Positions 48,772 through 56,746 of a stretch of 57,545 nt of DNA are shown here, piece by piece (the stretch's first letter is position 1; each line of letters opens with the position of its first letter). The notes under the pieces are model-generated. The model was not told the DNA's origin. It made no database searches and saw only the letters and a list, made by a program, of their open reading frames with translations. The DNA is from a virus (Duplodnaviria; Caudoviricetes), in the IMG/VR virus record IMGVR_UViG_3300010413_000035, positions 1 through 57,545 of that record. One strand, 5' to 3'. The translations under genes and the position numbers were made by a program.

Positions 48772-48978
48772 ATGGGAGATTTAATTAAAGGTTTGCAAAT
48801 TATAAGTAAATATTCAAATCCAAGTTACCCCACTCATTGTGAACATGATATTTTATATATTTGTGTCAGTCCTAGTTTAATAACAAATAAAAAAGATGTT
48901 GAAGAATTAGAGGAGCTGGGTTTTGAGTTAGATTTTGGAGATGATTTTATATATAGTTATAAATTTGGAAGTGCTTAA
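48772..48978 (+). CDS. Small phage protein
   Basis: GGGAGG RBS; YPTHCEHDILYI motif. Confidence 0.65.
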   Translation: MGDLIKGLQIISKYSNPSYPTHCEHDILYICVSPSLITNKKDVEELEELGFELDFGDDFIYSYKFGSA

Positions 48979-49188
48979 ATTCTAAGCTTCTTTTAAGAGA
49001 GGATAATGTAAAATGAATGAAAAAGATTTGAAAGAAATAGAAAGACTATTTTATGAATATAAAAAAAATGAATGTAAAGAAACTGCTGGAGATTTAAAAT
49101 ATTTTTTAATTCATTGTAGCAAAGAAATTAATTTAAAAAAAATGAAATCAAAACAAATAAAATTTTAACCTTGGAAGGGGATAATAAA

Positions 49189-49593
49189 ATGAAATATGAA
49201 GAAATGAAAGAGCCTAATAATTATTTGAATGATAATAAAAATTTAAGTTATGTTGAAATAGCCAGAAAAGGTTTTGAGCTAATAAATTTAATAAGAGACT
49301 GGAATAAAGAAAATGATTTTGAAACTTGGGACGAGATTAGTTATGAAAGAAAATTAATTTTAATTGAAAATGTAAAAGCAGTTGAAGAAAATCCGAATTT
49401 GACAAGCAAAGAAGAGCATAATAAGTGGATGAATGCAAGACTAGCGTGTGGCTGGAAGTATGCTCCAGTTACAAATAGAAGTAAAAAAGAACATTCTTGT
49501 CTAGTCCCTTATAAAGAACTTAATTTTTACCAAAAGTTAAAAGATAAATTATGGCTGGAACTGGTTAAAAATTTGCTGGAAGAATATAAATAA
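49189..49593 (+). CDS. RyR-domain protein
   Basis: EEHNKWM...L..GWKY......KK.H.CLVPY.EL...QK.KD. Confidence 0.8.
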   Translation: MKYEEMKEPNNYLNDNKNLSYVEIARKGFELINLIRDWNKENDFETWDEISYERKLILIENVKAVEENPNLTSKEEHNKWMNARLACGWKYAPVTNRSKKEHSCLVPYKELNFYQKLKDKLWLELVKNLLEEYK

Positions 49594-49612
49594 ATTTAGG
49601 GGGATAAATATT

Positions 49613-49981
49613 ATGTTAAAGAAAGCATTTTTTGTTATTGAAAAAGATGGAAAATATGAGAGTTTTTTTGATGAGAATATAATTTTTAAAATAACATGTG
49701 ATATTGAAAAACTTGAGAATAGTGAAGAAGAAGAAAGAACTAAAAATATAAAAATAATTTTTGAAAGTGAAAAAATAAGATATGATGCTGTTATTACATT
49801 TGAAAATAAAAAATTATATGAAGGGTTTAGTGGGATAATTGAAATAGAAGATTTACTTAAATTAGCTATTTTGGATAATGGAACACTTGAAATTTGGATA
49901 ACCAATGGGAATTTAAATTATTTAGGAATATTGACAGGATATAATGTTATTGATACTAAAAAAATAACTTGGAATGGTTAA
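49613..49981 (+). CDS. Hypothetical protein
   Basis: AGGGGG RBS. Confidence 0.65.
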   Translation: MLKKAFFVIEKDGKYESFFDENIIFKITCDIEKLENSEEEERTKNIKIIFESEKIRYDAVITFENKKLYEGFSGIIEIEDLLKLAILDNGTLEIWITNGNLNYLGILTGYNVIDTKKITWNG

Positions 49982-50002
49982 AAATAGAAAGGTTTTGAAA
50001 TT

Positions 50003-50320
50003 ATGAATGATAATAAATATAAAGCTGATATTAGAATTTTTCACATGACAGAAGACTTGGAATCAGATTATATAAAAGAATATATTAATTTAAATATGAA
50101 TAATTGCATGTATAAAGAAGATGTAAAAATAAATAATATTTATTTAACTATTAATTGTTATGATTTAACTATTGAATATATTGACTTAAAAAAAGGAAAA
50201 ATAAAAACAACAGAAGTCATTCCAAATCATAATATTTTAGGATATAGAATGCAAGAACAAACGAAAAATTATTATGATATAGATATATTTGTAAAAAATA
50301 TTTTAATGTGGAAGGAATAA
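50003..50320 (+). CDS. Hypothetical protein
   Basis: GAAAGG RBS. Confidence 0.6.
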   Translation: MNDNKYKADIRIFHMTEDLESDYIKEYINLNMNNCMYKEDVKINNIYLTINCYDLTIEYIDLKKGKIKTTEVIPNHNILGYRMQEQTKNYYDIDIFVKNILMWKE

Positions 50321-50477
50321 TAAATGTTAGATAATTTTATAACTTTTTATACTATTATTGGAACTATATTATTTATTATAGCAGTTACAATTGGCTTTAT
50401 GGTTGTAATTGCTATAAACCTAATTTATATTGTGGAAATTGTGGATAAAATTGTTGATAAATTTAGGGGGAATAAAA

Positions 50478-50645
50478 GTGGATAAATTAAAAAAAGTAAC
50501 AACTCCAATTTATAGCAGTAATAAATGCCCAAACTGTAAAAATGATTTAGACTATTATTGGAATTTAACAACAAATTATTTAAATGTAAATTGTATAAAA
50601 TGTGATTTTGGGGATACCCCTTGGACGTATAAATTAATAAATTAA
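50478..50645 (+). CDS. Zinc-ribbon microprotein
   Basis: GTG start after AGGGGG; CPNC...CIKC. Confidence 0.65.
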   Translation: MDKLKKVTTPIYSSNKCPNCKNDLDYYWNLTTNYLNVNCIKCDFGDTPWTYKLIN

Positions 50646-50662
50646 TGAAAGGATGATAAAAA

Positions 50663-50791
50663 ATGAATTGTTTACAATGTCAAGTCGGCGAGGCTGAAAA
50701 AATAGAAGATTTAAAAGACGGAAATGGGAATGTTATTGGTGCTAAATACAGATGCAAAAAATGTGGTCATAATTTTGTAGTTTATGATTAA
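50663..50791 (+). CDS. Zinc-ribbon microprotein (42 aa, not in ORF track)
   Basis: GAAAGGA RBS; CLQC...YRCKKCG. Confidence 0.75.
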   Translation: MNCLQCQVGEAEKIEDLKDGNGNVIGAKYRCKKCGHNFVVYD

Positions 50792-50805
50792 AATTAAAAA
50801 AAGTA

Positions 50806-50834
50806 TTGCAATGTATGACGAACTATGATATTAT
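50806..50834 (+). promoter_or_regulatory. Promoter of the tRNA-like RNA
   Basis: TTGCAA-17 bp-TATTAT with TG extension; degenerate box TGTATGAC. Confidence 0.7.
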
Positions 50835-50847
50835 ATTGTTAATAGTT

Positions 50848-50921
50848 AAGGCTATAGTTCAAAGGAAGGATACTCCTAGGGGCAGTGGAGAGATTTACAG
50901 TTCGAGTCTGTAATAGCCTTA
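50848..50921 (+). ncRNA. tRNA-like RNA with aberrant anticodon arm
   Basis: Acceptor AAGGCTA/TAGCCTT, T8A9, D arm GTTC-AAAGGAA-GGAT, T arm TTACAG-TTCGAGT-CTGTAA; anticodon arm CTCC-10 nt-GGAG. Confidence 0.7.
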
Positions 50922-51041
50922 TAGTAAGTAAACAAATTGATTAATAGGAAAATAGTCACATAATAATAATAATAATAACAATTTATCCCGATACCCTATA
51001 AATATCGGGACTCCCTAGAAAGAACGAGTCAAATAATTAGT

Positions 51042-51075
51042 AAAAAAAGTGTGTTTGTTGCTACACACTTTTTTT
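51042..51075 (+). terminator. Rho-independent terminator
   Basis: AAAAAAAGTGTGT-loop-ACACACTTTTTTT. Confidence 0.85.
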
Positions 51076-51106
51076 ATACAAAAAATTAATGAAAGGATTG
51101 TAAATT

Positions 51107-51529
51107 ATGGATAATGAAAAAAGCCAAAATGCAAAGGAAATTGATTTGCTTTTAAGTGAGATGGGTATTTTAAAAACTAAAGAAGATTCTAGACTAGCAG
51201 AATTAAAAGAAATTTTTAAAAAACATGATATAGAATCAATAGAAGATTTTTTATATTTATATGATAATCAACAAATTCATTTTGCAAAAACTGACTTTCA
51301 ATCAACTCATGAACTTATATGTAATTGTGGGGTAAAGTTAATTCTTAAAGATTCTGACGAAAATGTAAAAAAATTAATAGCTTATGAAAAAGAAAATAAA
51401 AAACCTTTGACAATAAATCTTGAAAGTAAAAGATTTTTTTGTCCAGTTTGTGGTAATCAATTTAGAACTGTTTGGAATGTAATAGGAATTGAAATATTTA
51501 ATTTTAAAAAAATAAATATTGGAGGATAA
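51107..51529 (+). CDS. Zinc-ribbon-containing hypothetical protein
   Basis: ICNCG...FCPVCG. Confidence 0.7.
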   Translation: MDNEKSQNAKEIDLLLSEMGILKTKEDSRLAELKEIFKKHDIESIEDFLYLYDNQQIHFAKTDFQSTHELICNCGVKLILKDSDENVKKLIAYEKENKKPLTINLESKRFFCPVCGNQFRTVWNVIGIEIFNFKKINIGG

Positions 51530-51575
51530 TAAAATTAATTCTTAGCTTCTTTTTTATTTTTTTTGCAAAAAAGTA

Positions 51576-51604
51576 TTGCAATGTAGCACAAACGATTATA
51601 TAAT
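51576..51604 (+). promoter_or_regulatory. Sigma-A promoter with TGTAGCAC box
   Basis: TTGCAA-TGTAGCAC...-TATAAT, 17-bp spacer. Confidence 0.85.
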
Positions 51605-51648
51605 ATAGTTGTAGCAACAAAATATTATTATTTAAGGGAGATGTTATT

Positions 51649-52206
51649 ATGAATTTAGTTAAATTATCAAAAGAAATTAAAGAAATTTTAGAAGAGGGAA
51701 TCGCTAATGTTTTTGTATGGAAGGTAAAAAGAAGCTGGAACTATAAAATATTTTGGTATGATGATCCTGCCAATGATATTTATTCAAATGAAGATTTAAA
51801 AGAAATTAACAAAATAAAATCAATTGATAAATGTTATTTAGAATTGAATGGATATAATGATTTCTTAGCATATACATTAAGTTATATTAAAGAAAGAATT
51901 ATAAGGCAATATGAAACTAACAAGGAACAAATATCTGGAGAACTTCCAAAGTTGCAAAGAAAATTATTAAAAATTATTGAGGAAAATGAAACAAAAAATA
52001 AAATAGAAATTATCGAAAGTTTGGAAAATGATAAAATTTTCATACTAAAAGGATTTTATAAAGCAAGTGTTAATATATGTAAAATGAAAATAAAAGCAGT
52101 TGAAGTTGGAACTAATTTAAAAGAGAATCAAGATGTTACAAATTATATTTATTTTATTAATAATTGCTATATTGAGGCAATGTTGAAATTAAAAGAAGCT
52201 AATTAG
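51649..52206 (+). CDS. Early hypothetical protein
   Basis: AAGGGAG RBS; first gene of a cassette. Confidence 0.75.
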   Translation: MNLVKLSKEIKEILEEGIANVFVWKVKRSWNYKIFWYDDPANDIYSNEDLKEINKIKSIDKCYLELNGYNDFLAYTLSYIKERIIRQYETNKEQISGELPKLQRKLLKIIEENETKNKIEIIESLENDKIFILKGFYKASVNICKMKIKAVEVGTNLKENQDVTNYIYFINNCYIEAMLKLKEAN

Positions 52207-52361
52207 AAGGGATAAAAAATGGTACTTAATAAAATTATAGCTTTTATAGTAATAGTATTTATACTAAGTTTAGCAATTGAACAAGCTATAAAAGCAAATA
52301 ACAAATATAATAAAAGTTAAAAAAGGGGATTTATATTCCCCTTTTTAGAAAGGATAATAAA

Positions 52362-52478
52362 ATGAAAATAAATATTATAAAAGTTGATTTTTGGTGTGAA
52401 TTAATGCAGTTAGATGTTGCCGAATGTCCTGACAATATGGACTGCGACGAGGAATGTAGCGAAAACGATAAAAAATAA
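52362..52478 (+). CDS. Cys-rich acidic microprotein (38 aa, not in ORF track)
   Basis: GAAAGGA RBS; MKINIIKVDFWCELMQLDVAECPDNMDCDEECSENDKK. Confidence 0.55.
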   Translation: MKINIIKVDFWCELMQLDVAECPDNMDCDEECSENDKK

Positions 52479-52497
52479 TAAAAGGAATGATAATAAA

Positions 52498-53007
52498 ATG
52501 AATTTTAATAACAAACCAAACAAACAAATATTTGATAAAAACGGAGTTGAACATTGGGTCTCCAGAAGTATTTCAATGTTGGGACTAGTATATTGTTTAA
52601 CAGATGATGAAATTTATATTTTGGCAACAAAACGTGGGTCTGCAGTTAACTATTCCAACAAATGGTGTTTAGTTTGTGGATATTTGGACTATAATGAATC
52701 AATTCTTGAAGGAATCTGCAGGGAGGTTTATGAAGAAACAAATTTGTTTATTCCACCTTGTAATTTTACACTTTGGGGAATTGAAGACGACCCGACTAAA
52801 GATGAAAGGGAAAATATAACATTTAGATATTATTCTAAAGTGGATGAGGATTTTTATTTGGAATCATATATAAATATTTCTAGGGTCTGCAATAATGAAA
52901 CCTTGGAAGTTAAGTGGATAAATTATAAAGATATTGCCTTGTATGATTGGGCATTTAATCATTTTGAACTTTTAAAAGAATATAAAGAAGCTGGAAAATT
53001 TATATGA
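52498..53007 (+). CDS. NUDIX hydrolase
   Basis: Nudix box GYLDYNESILEGICREVYEETNL; WAFNH. Confidence 0.88.
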   Translation: MNFNNKPNKQIFDKNGVEHWVSRSISMLGLVYCLTDDEIYILATKRGSAVNYSNKWCLVCGYLDYNESILEGICREVYEETNLFIPPCNFTLWGIEDDPTKDERENITFRYYSKVDEDFYLESYINISRVCNNETLEVKWINYKDIALYDWAFNHFELLKEYKEAGKFI

Positions 53008-53058
53008 TTGGATATAGCAAAACAATATGATTTAACAATAATATATTAACTTATATAT

Positions 53059-53101
53059 AAAAAGAAGCTTAGAAACTAAAAAAATTCTAAGCTTCTTTTT
53101 T
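53059..53101. terminator. Cassette-boundary hairpin (GAAGCTTAG family)
   Basis: AAAAAGAAGCTTAGAA-loop-TTCTAAGCTTCTTTTT. Confidence 0.8.
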
Positions 53102-53122
53102 AAATTATTTTTTAAAAATGTA

Positions 53123-53151
53123 TTGCATTGTAGCACATAAAGAGTTATAAT
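53123..53151 (+). promoter_or_regulatory. Sigma-A promoter with TGTAGCAC box
   Basis: TTGCAT-TGTAGCACATAAAGAGT-TATAAT. Confidence 0.85.
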
Positions 53152-53204
53152 ATATTTAACGGGTTAAGCAATACCGATTATATTTTAAGGGAGATTTTAT
53201 TATT

Positions 53205-53522
53205 ATGACTAATACAACTATGAACAGAAAACATTACATCGCTTATTTAACAGTTAGAACTAAGGTTATAGACCAACTAGAAAGAATTTTGAAAGATGAA
53301 GCTGAATATAAAAGTAATGAAAATTATGTAAAATTAGAAAATTTATTAAATGAAATTAAAAAAGTTGAAACACCAACAACAAAAGAAGAATTAAAAACTG
53401 CAGTTAATACAGTATTAGTAAATGAAAAAAAAGTTGAGCCAGTTATGGAAAAATTATTTAGTTTTATACAATTCAAGAAAGTAACTGAAGGAATGGAAGT
53501 AATGGAAGTTAAATATATGTAA
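53205..53522 (+). CDS. Early hypothetical protein (single-gene cassette)
   Basis: AAGGGAG RBS; flanked by near-identical hairpins. Confidence 0.75.
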   Translation: MTNTTMNRKHYIAYLTVRTKVIDQLERILKDEAEYKSNENYVKLENLLNEIKKVETPTTKEELKTAVNTVLVNEKKVEPVMEKLFSFIQFKKVTEGMEVMEVKYM

Positions 53523-53530
53523 AAGTTTTA

Positions 53531-53573
53531 AAAAAAAGAAGCTTAGAAAATAAAAATTCTAAGCTTCTTTTTT
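53531..53573. terminator. Cassette-boundary hairpin, near-identical to 53059-53101
   Basis: AAAAAAGAAGCTTAGAA-loop-TTCTAAGCTTCTTTTTT. Confidence 0.8.
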
Positions 53574-54319
53574 TATTTATTTAAATTATTAAATTCAATT
53601 TGTTTAAATTCTATATTTGGCAATACTTCTTTAACTCCTAAACTATTACTCATTTCGACAACTCTTTTTTTAGCTATTTGAAATATTTCTTTATAAAATA
53701 ATTCCTTTTTCATTCCTTCAATAATTGCAGTTTTAACAATCATATCTGCAACTATAATTTTACTAAGTTGTGTTATATTTAAGATTTCTCTTACATTTTT
53801 AAATTTTTCTTGTAGCATAAAAAAAGCTGAATTTTCCATTTTTGAAAACAACATATAATATCTATCTGCTGACTTGCTACCTTGTTTTTTAGCATATTGA
53901 ATAAAATCTTTTATAATATCGGTTTCTTGCTTTCTTCCTATTTTAGAACGGTTTCTTGTTTCTATATATTGTTGATTCTGCTTTTGTGTTTTTTGTTCTA
54001 GTATCCATTTACGCATATTAAAAAACTCTTTTGTTATTTTCTTTTTAAATTCCAATACTTTGTCATTTTCATTTTGTTTGACTCTTAACATCATAATTAA
54101 AAATGTTAATTGCTGTTCGTTTAAATAGTAAATTATGGTAGGTTTTCCATGTCTTTGGGACATTTCAAATTCTATTACTTTATTTTCCAATTCGTCAAAA
54201 TCTTTTCTATATTGTTTAATTAAATTTGATATACTTTTATGAGTTCTTTTCAATTCCCTTGAAACTATTAAACTAGTTGTTAATGGTTCATTATTTTTCA
54301 ATAAAACTAATGCTGTCAT
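53573..54319 (-). CDS. Rha-family regulatory/antirepressor-like protein
   Basis: PLTTSL.VS..L.R.H, YYLNEQQLTFL, FKK.I.KEF..M; C-terminal R..SK..R..ETD.IK. Confidence 0.8.
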   Translation of the reverse strand: MTALVLLKNNEPLTTSLIVSRELKRTHKSISNLIKQYRKDFDELENKVIEFEMSQRHGKPTIIYYLNEQQLTFLIMMLRVKQNENDKVLEFKKKITKEFFNMRKWILEQKTQKQNQQYIETRNRSKIGRKQETDIIKDFIQYAKKQGSKSADRYYMLFSKMENSAFFMLQEKFKNVREILNITQLSKIIVADMIVKTAIIEGMKKELFYKEIFQIAKKRVVEMSNSLGVKEVLPNIEFKQIEFNNLNK

Positions 54320-54405
54320 TGTTTAACTCCTTTTTAAAATATTTATTCTATTATACCATATCAAGAATATTTATTCTATTATATTATTTATTTTTAAAAA
54401 ATGTA

Positions 54406-54434
54406 TTGCAATGTAGCACACTTAGAGTTATAAT
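54406..54434 (+). promoter_or_regulatory. Sigma-A promoter with TGTAGCAC box
   Basis: TTGCAA-TGTAGCACACTTAGAGT-TATAAT. Confidence 0.85.
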
Positions 54435-54490
54435 AGTATTAGAGGTTGAGGTTAAACCTACTATATATTAATTCTAGGGGGATTTATATT

Positions 54491-54835
54491 ATGAGAAAAG
54501 CATATTTTGCAGGAAATTTAAACGGTGGCAAAGTTTGGGAAGTTAACAAAGGTCAAGGAAATATAAAAATTATAAGAATTTCCGAGGATAAAGTTGCAGT
54601 TTTTAGTTTGAATAAAAGAGGCAAATATAACATGAGAATTAAAGATATTTTAAAAGTAGGTTTTGAATTAAAACAAACTGACGAAAATATAGAGCCTTGG
54701 TTAATAAGCAATACTACATTTTTACAACTAGATAAATTTCAAAAATGCCAAAGAGCAGAGTCAATGGAAAATAAAATTATTAATATAATTGATATTTTCA
54801 GAATTGCAAATGCTAAAAGAAGTATAGGCTGTTAA
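54491..54835 (+). CDS. Early hypothetical protein, paralog of the C-terminal part of 904..1497
   Basis: AGGGGG RBS before ATG 54491; alignment by eye. Confidence 0.75.
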   Translation: MRKAYFAGNLNGGKVWEVNKGQGNIKIIRISEDKVAVFSLNKRGKYNMRIKDILKVGFELKQTDENIEPWLISNTTFLQLDKFQKCQRAESMENKIINIIDIFRIANAKRSIGC

Positions 54836-54890
54836 TTAAAAATAAGGGGAGATTTATTCTCCCTTAAAATATATTTAGGGGGATTCAAAT

Positions 54891-55130
54891 ATGAAAAATA
54901 TAAATGTAATAGTAGAAAATATTAATGGGGATTTAGAAGTTAGAAAAAGCAAAGTTGAGTATATTGGTAAAGATGTAAATGTAACAGTCAAATTTGATGA
55001 AGAAATAATAAAATATACAATTACCAAAAATGATTTTAATTTTATTATAGAAAAAACAAAAGAAAGTCCCGACCGAGCTGTTGGGGTAACATTTTTAAGA
55101 AATTTATCTTTTAATAAACAAGAATTATAA
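54891..55130 (+). CDS. Hypothetical protein
   Basis: AGGGGG RBS. Confidence 0.65.
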   Translation: MKNINVIVENINGDLEVRKSKVEYIGKDVNVTVKFDEEIIKYTITKNDFNFIIEKTKESPDRAVGVTFLRNLSFNKQEL

Positions 55131-55149
55131 ATTAGAGGAGGCTTTTAAA

Positions 55150-55746
55150 ATGACTATACAATCACCAATAAATTCAATTATAAAATTTTTGAAAAATAAA
55201 ATAAATGATAAGGATACAAAAATAATTGTATCCTTTACAAACTGGCAAAATAAAAGGATTTATGTAAATTGCTATTTTAAAAATAAAAATTGGGAACAGT
55301 TAAAAGAATTAACAATATTTATTAATTTAAGAGATAACATGGTGTATTTAGGAAAATCATATAATATTGATTCATATATTGAAATAGCAGAAGATTTTAT
55401 AAAACATATTAAAGAAATTAAGCAAGATATAATTTTATTTCAGACTCCAAGTTTTATAAAAGCAATAGAACAAATTGTAAATGAAGATAATATATTAATT
55501 CATTTTACTAAATGGAAAAATAGGCTATATATTAATATTTATAAAAAACAGCCTGAAGATGTAAATTTTGAAATAATGAATTTTTATATAAAATATGATT
55601 TAACCAGCAGACTCAATTTGGTGCATGATAAATATTTAAAAGAAGGTTTAAAAGTAAAAGACTATATTAATATAATGGCATTTGAAATTTTTGAGTATTT
55701 TGTACAATACCAACAAGAAAATCGTAATTATTTAGGGGGATTTTAA
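55150..55746 (+). CDS. Hypothetical protein with an internal domain duplication
   Basis: FTNWQNKRIYVNCY and FTKWKN-RLYINIY. Confidence 0.7.
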   Translation: MTIQSPINSIIKFLKNKINDKDTKIIVSFTNWQNKRIYVNCYFKNKNWEQLKELTIFINLRDNMVYLGKSYNIDSYIEIAEDFIKHIKEIKQDIILFQTPSFIKAIEQIVNEDNILIHFTKWKNRLYINIYKKQPEDVNFEIMNFYIKYDLTSRLNLVHDKYLKEGLKVKDYINIMAFEIFEYFVQYQQENRNYLGGF

Positions 55747-55747
55747 A

Positions 55748-56212
55748 ATGTATTTACCAATAACAAGAGAAATGATAAAAAAGAATATAGAAACTGAGAC
55801 TGTAATTCAATATTATAAATTCGATGATAAATATTATTTAAGTTGTGAAAACACTTTAATATCAAATGTAGATTTCTTTGACAAGATTGAAGAATTTATA
55901 AATGATGGAACTTTGAAAGAATATAAGTCTCCGTTTAACTGCACAAGAATATTTAAAAATGTAAGTGGTTATAGACCAGTATATCAAAAGGAATATTTAA
56001 AATTTATTGAAAATTATATGTATATTGAATTTAAGGGCAAATTAAAAGATATAACTTTAGTTATGGACAAACCTTGTATTTATGAGAATGAAGAGTTTAA
56101 AAATATAACTATATTCAAAAGTAAAAAAAATTATTTTACAGAAATGACTTCTGGAGCTGGTTTACCAATTGCAGGTCTTTTAATAGAAAAAAATAGTGAT
56201 TTAACAAAATAA
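55748..56212 (+). CDS. Hypothetical protein
   Basis: AGGGGG RBS; terminator follows. Confidence 0.65.
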   Translation: MYLPITREMIKKNIETETVIQYYKFDDKYYLSCENTLISNVDFFDKIEEFINDGTLKEYKSPFNCTRIFKNVSGYRPVYQKEYLKFIENYMYIEFKGKLKDITLVMDKPCIYENEEFKNITIFKSKKNYFTEMTSGAGLPIAGLLIEKNSDLTK

Positions 56213-56401
56213 AATTAAACATAAAAATACAAAGTCTGGTTACTGGACTTTGTATTTTTTTTATATAAATACTAAAAAGTATAATAAAATAAAAAATATA
56301 TTGTTGTATATGATTTATATATTATAACTTGTTTCTAATTAAAATACAAATATGTTATATATTTCATTTTTGTAATATTAAACCTTTTTTAAAAAAAAGT
56401 A

Positions 56402-56430
56402 TTGCAATGTAGCACGAACGGAGTTATAAT
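56402..56430 (+). promoter_or_regulatory. Sigma-A promoter with TGTAGCAC box
   Basis: TTGCAA-TGTAGCACGAACGGAGT-TATAAT. Confidence 0.85.
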
Positions 56431-56480
56431 ATATTTAGCGGTTGAAGTTAAGCCGACTACATTCTAGGGGGTTTTATATT

Positions 56481-56606
56481 ATGACTTGTGGAATATGTGG
56501 AAGTAAAGTGGAAGACACTGGAGAAATAAGAACTGACGACAGTGGAAGAAGATGGAAAAAATATAAATGTGTAAAATGTGGAGCTACTAAAGAAGTAGAA
56601 GACTAA
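56481..56606 (+). CDS. Zinc-ribbon microprotein (41 aa, not in ORF track), single-gene cassette
   Basis: AGGGGG RBS; CGIC...YKCVKCG; own promoter and hairpin. Confidence 0.8.
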   Translation: MTCGICGSKVEDTGEIRTDDSGRRWKKYKCVKCGATKEVED

Positions 56607-56667
56607 AAAAAAGAAGCTGAGATTTTTTTATTTCTCAGCTTCTTTTTAATTATTTTTAAAAAATGTA

Positions 56668-56696
56668 TTGCAATGTAGCACATAAAGAGTTATAAT
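56668..56696 (+). promoter_or_regulatory. Sigma-A promoter with TGTAGCAC box
   Basis: TTGCAA-TGTAGCACATAAAGAGT-TATAAT. Confidence 0.85.
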
Positions 56697-56746
56697 AGTA
56701 TTAGAAGTTGAGGGAACACTAATTATTATTTAAGGGAGAGATTATT

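Noticed and set aside
50848-50921. Canonical tRNA (Pro-GGG or Cys-GCA)
   Set aside because: No 5-bp stem/7-nt loop anticodon arm with U33 can be drawn; reported as tRNA-like instead
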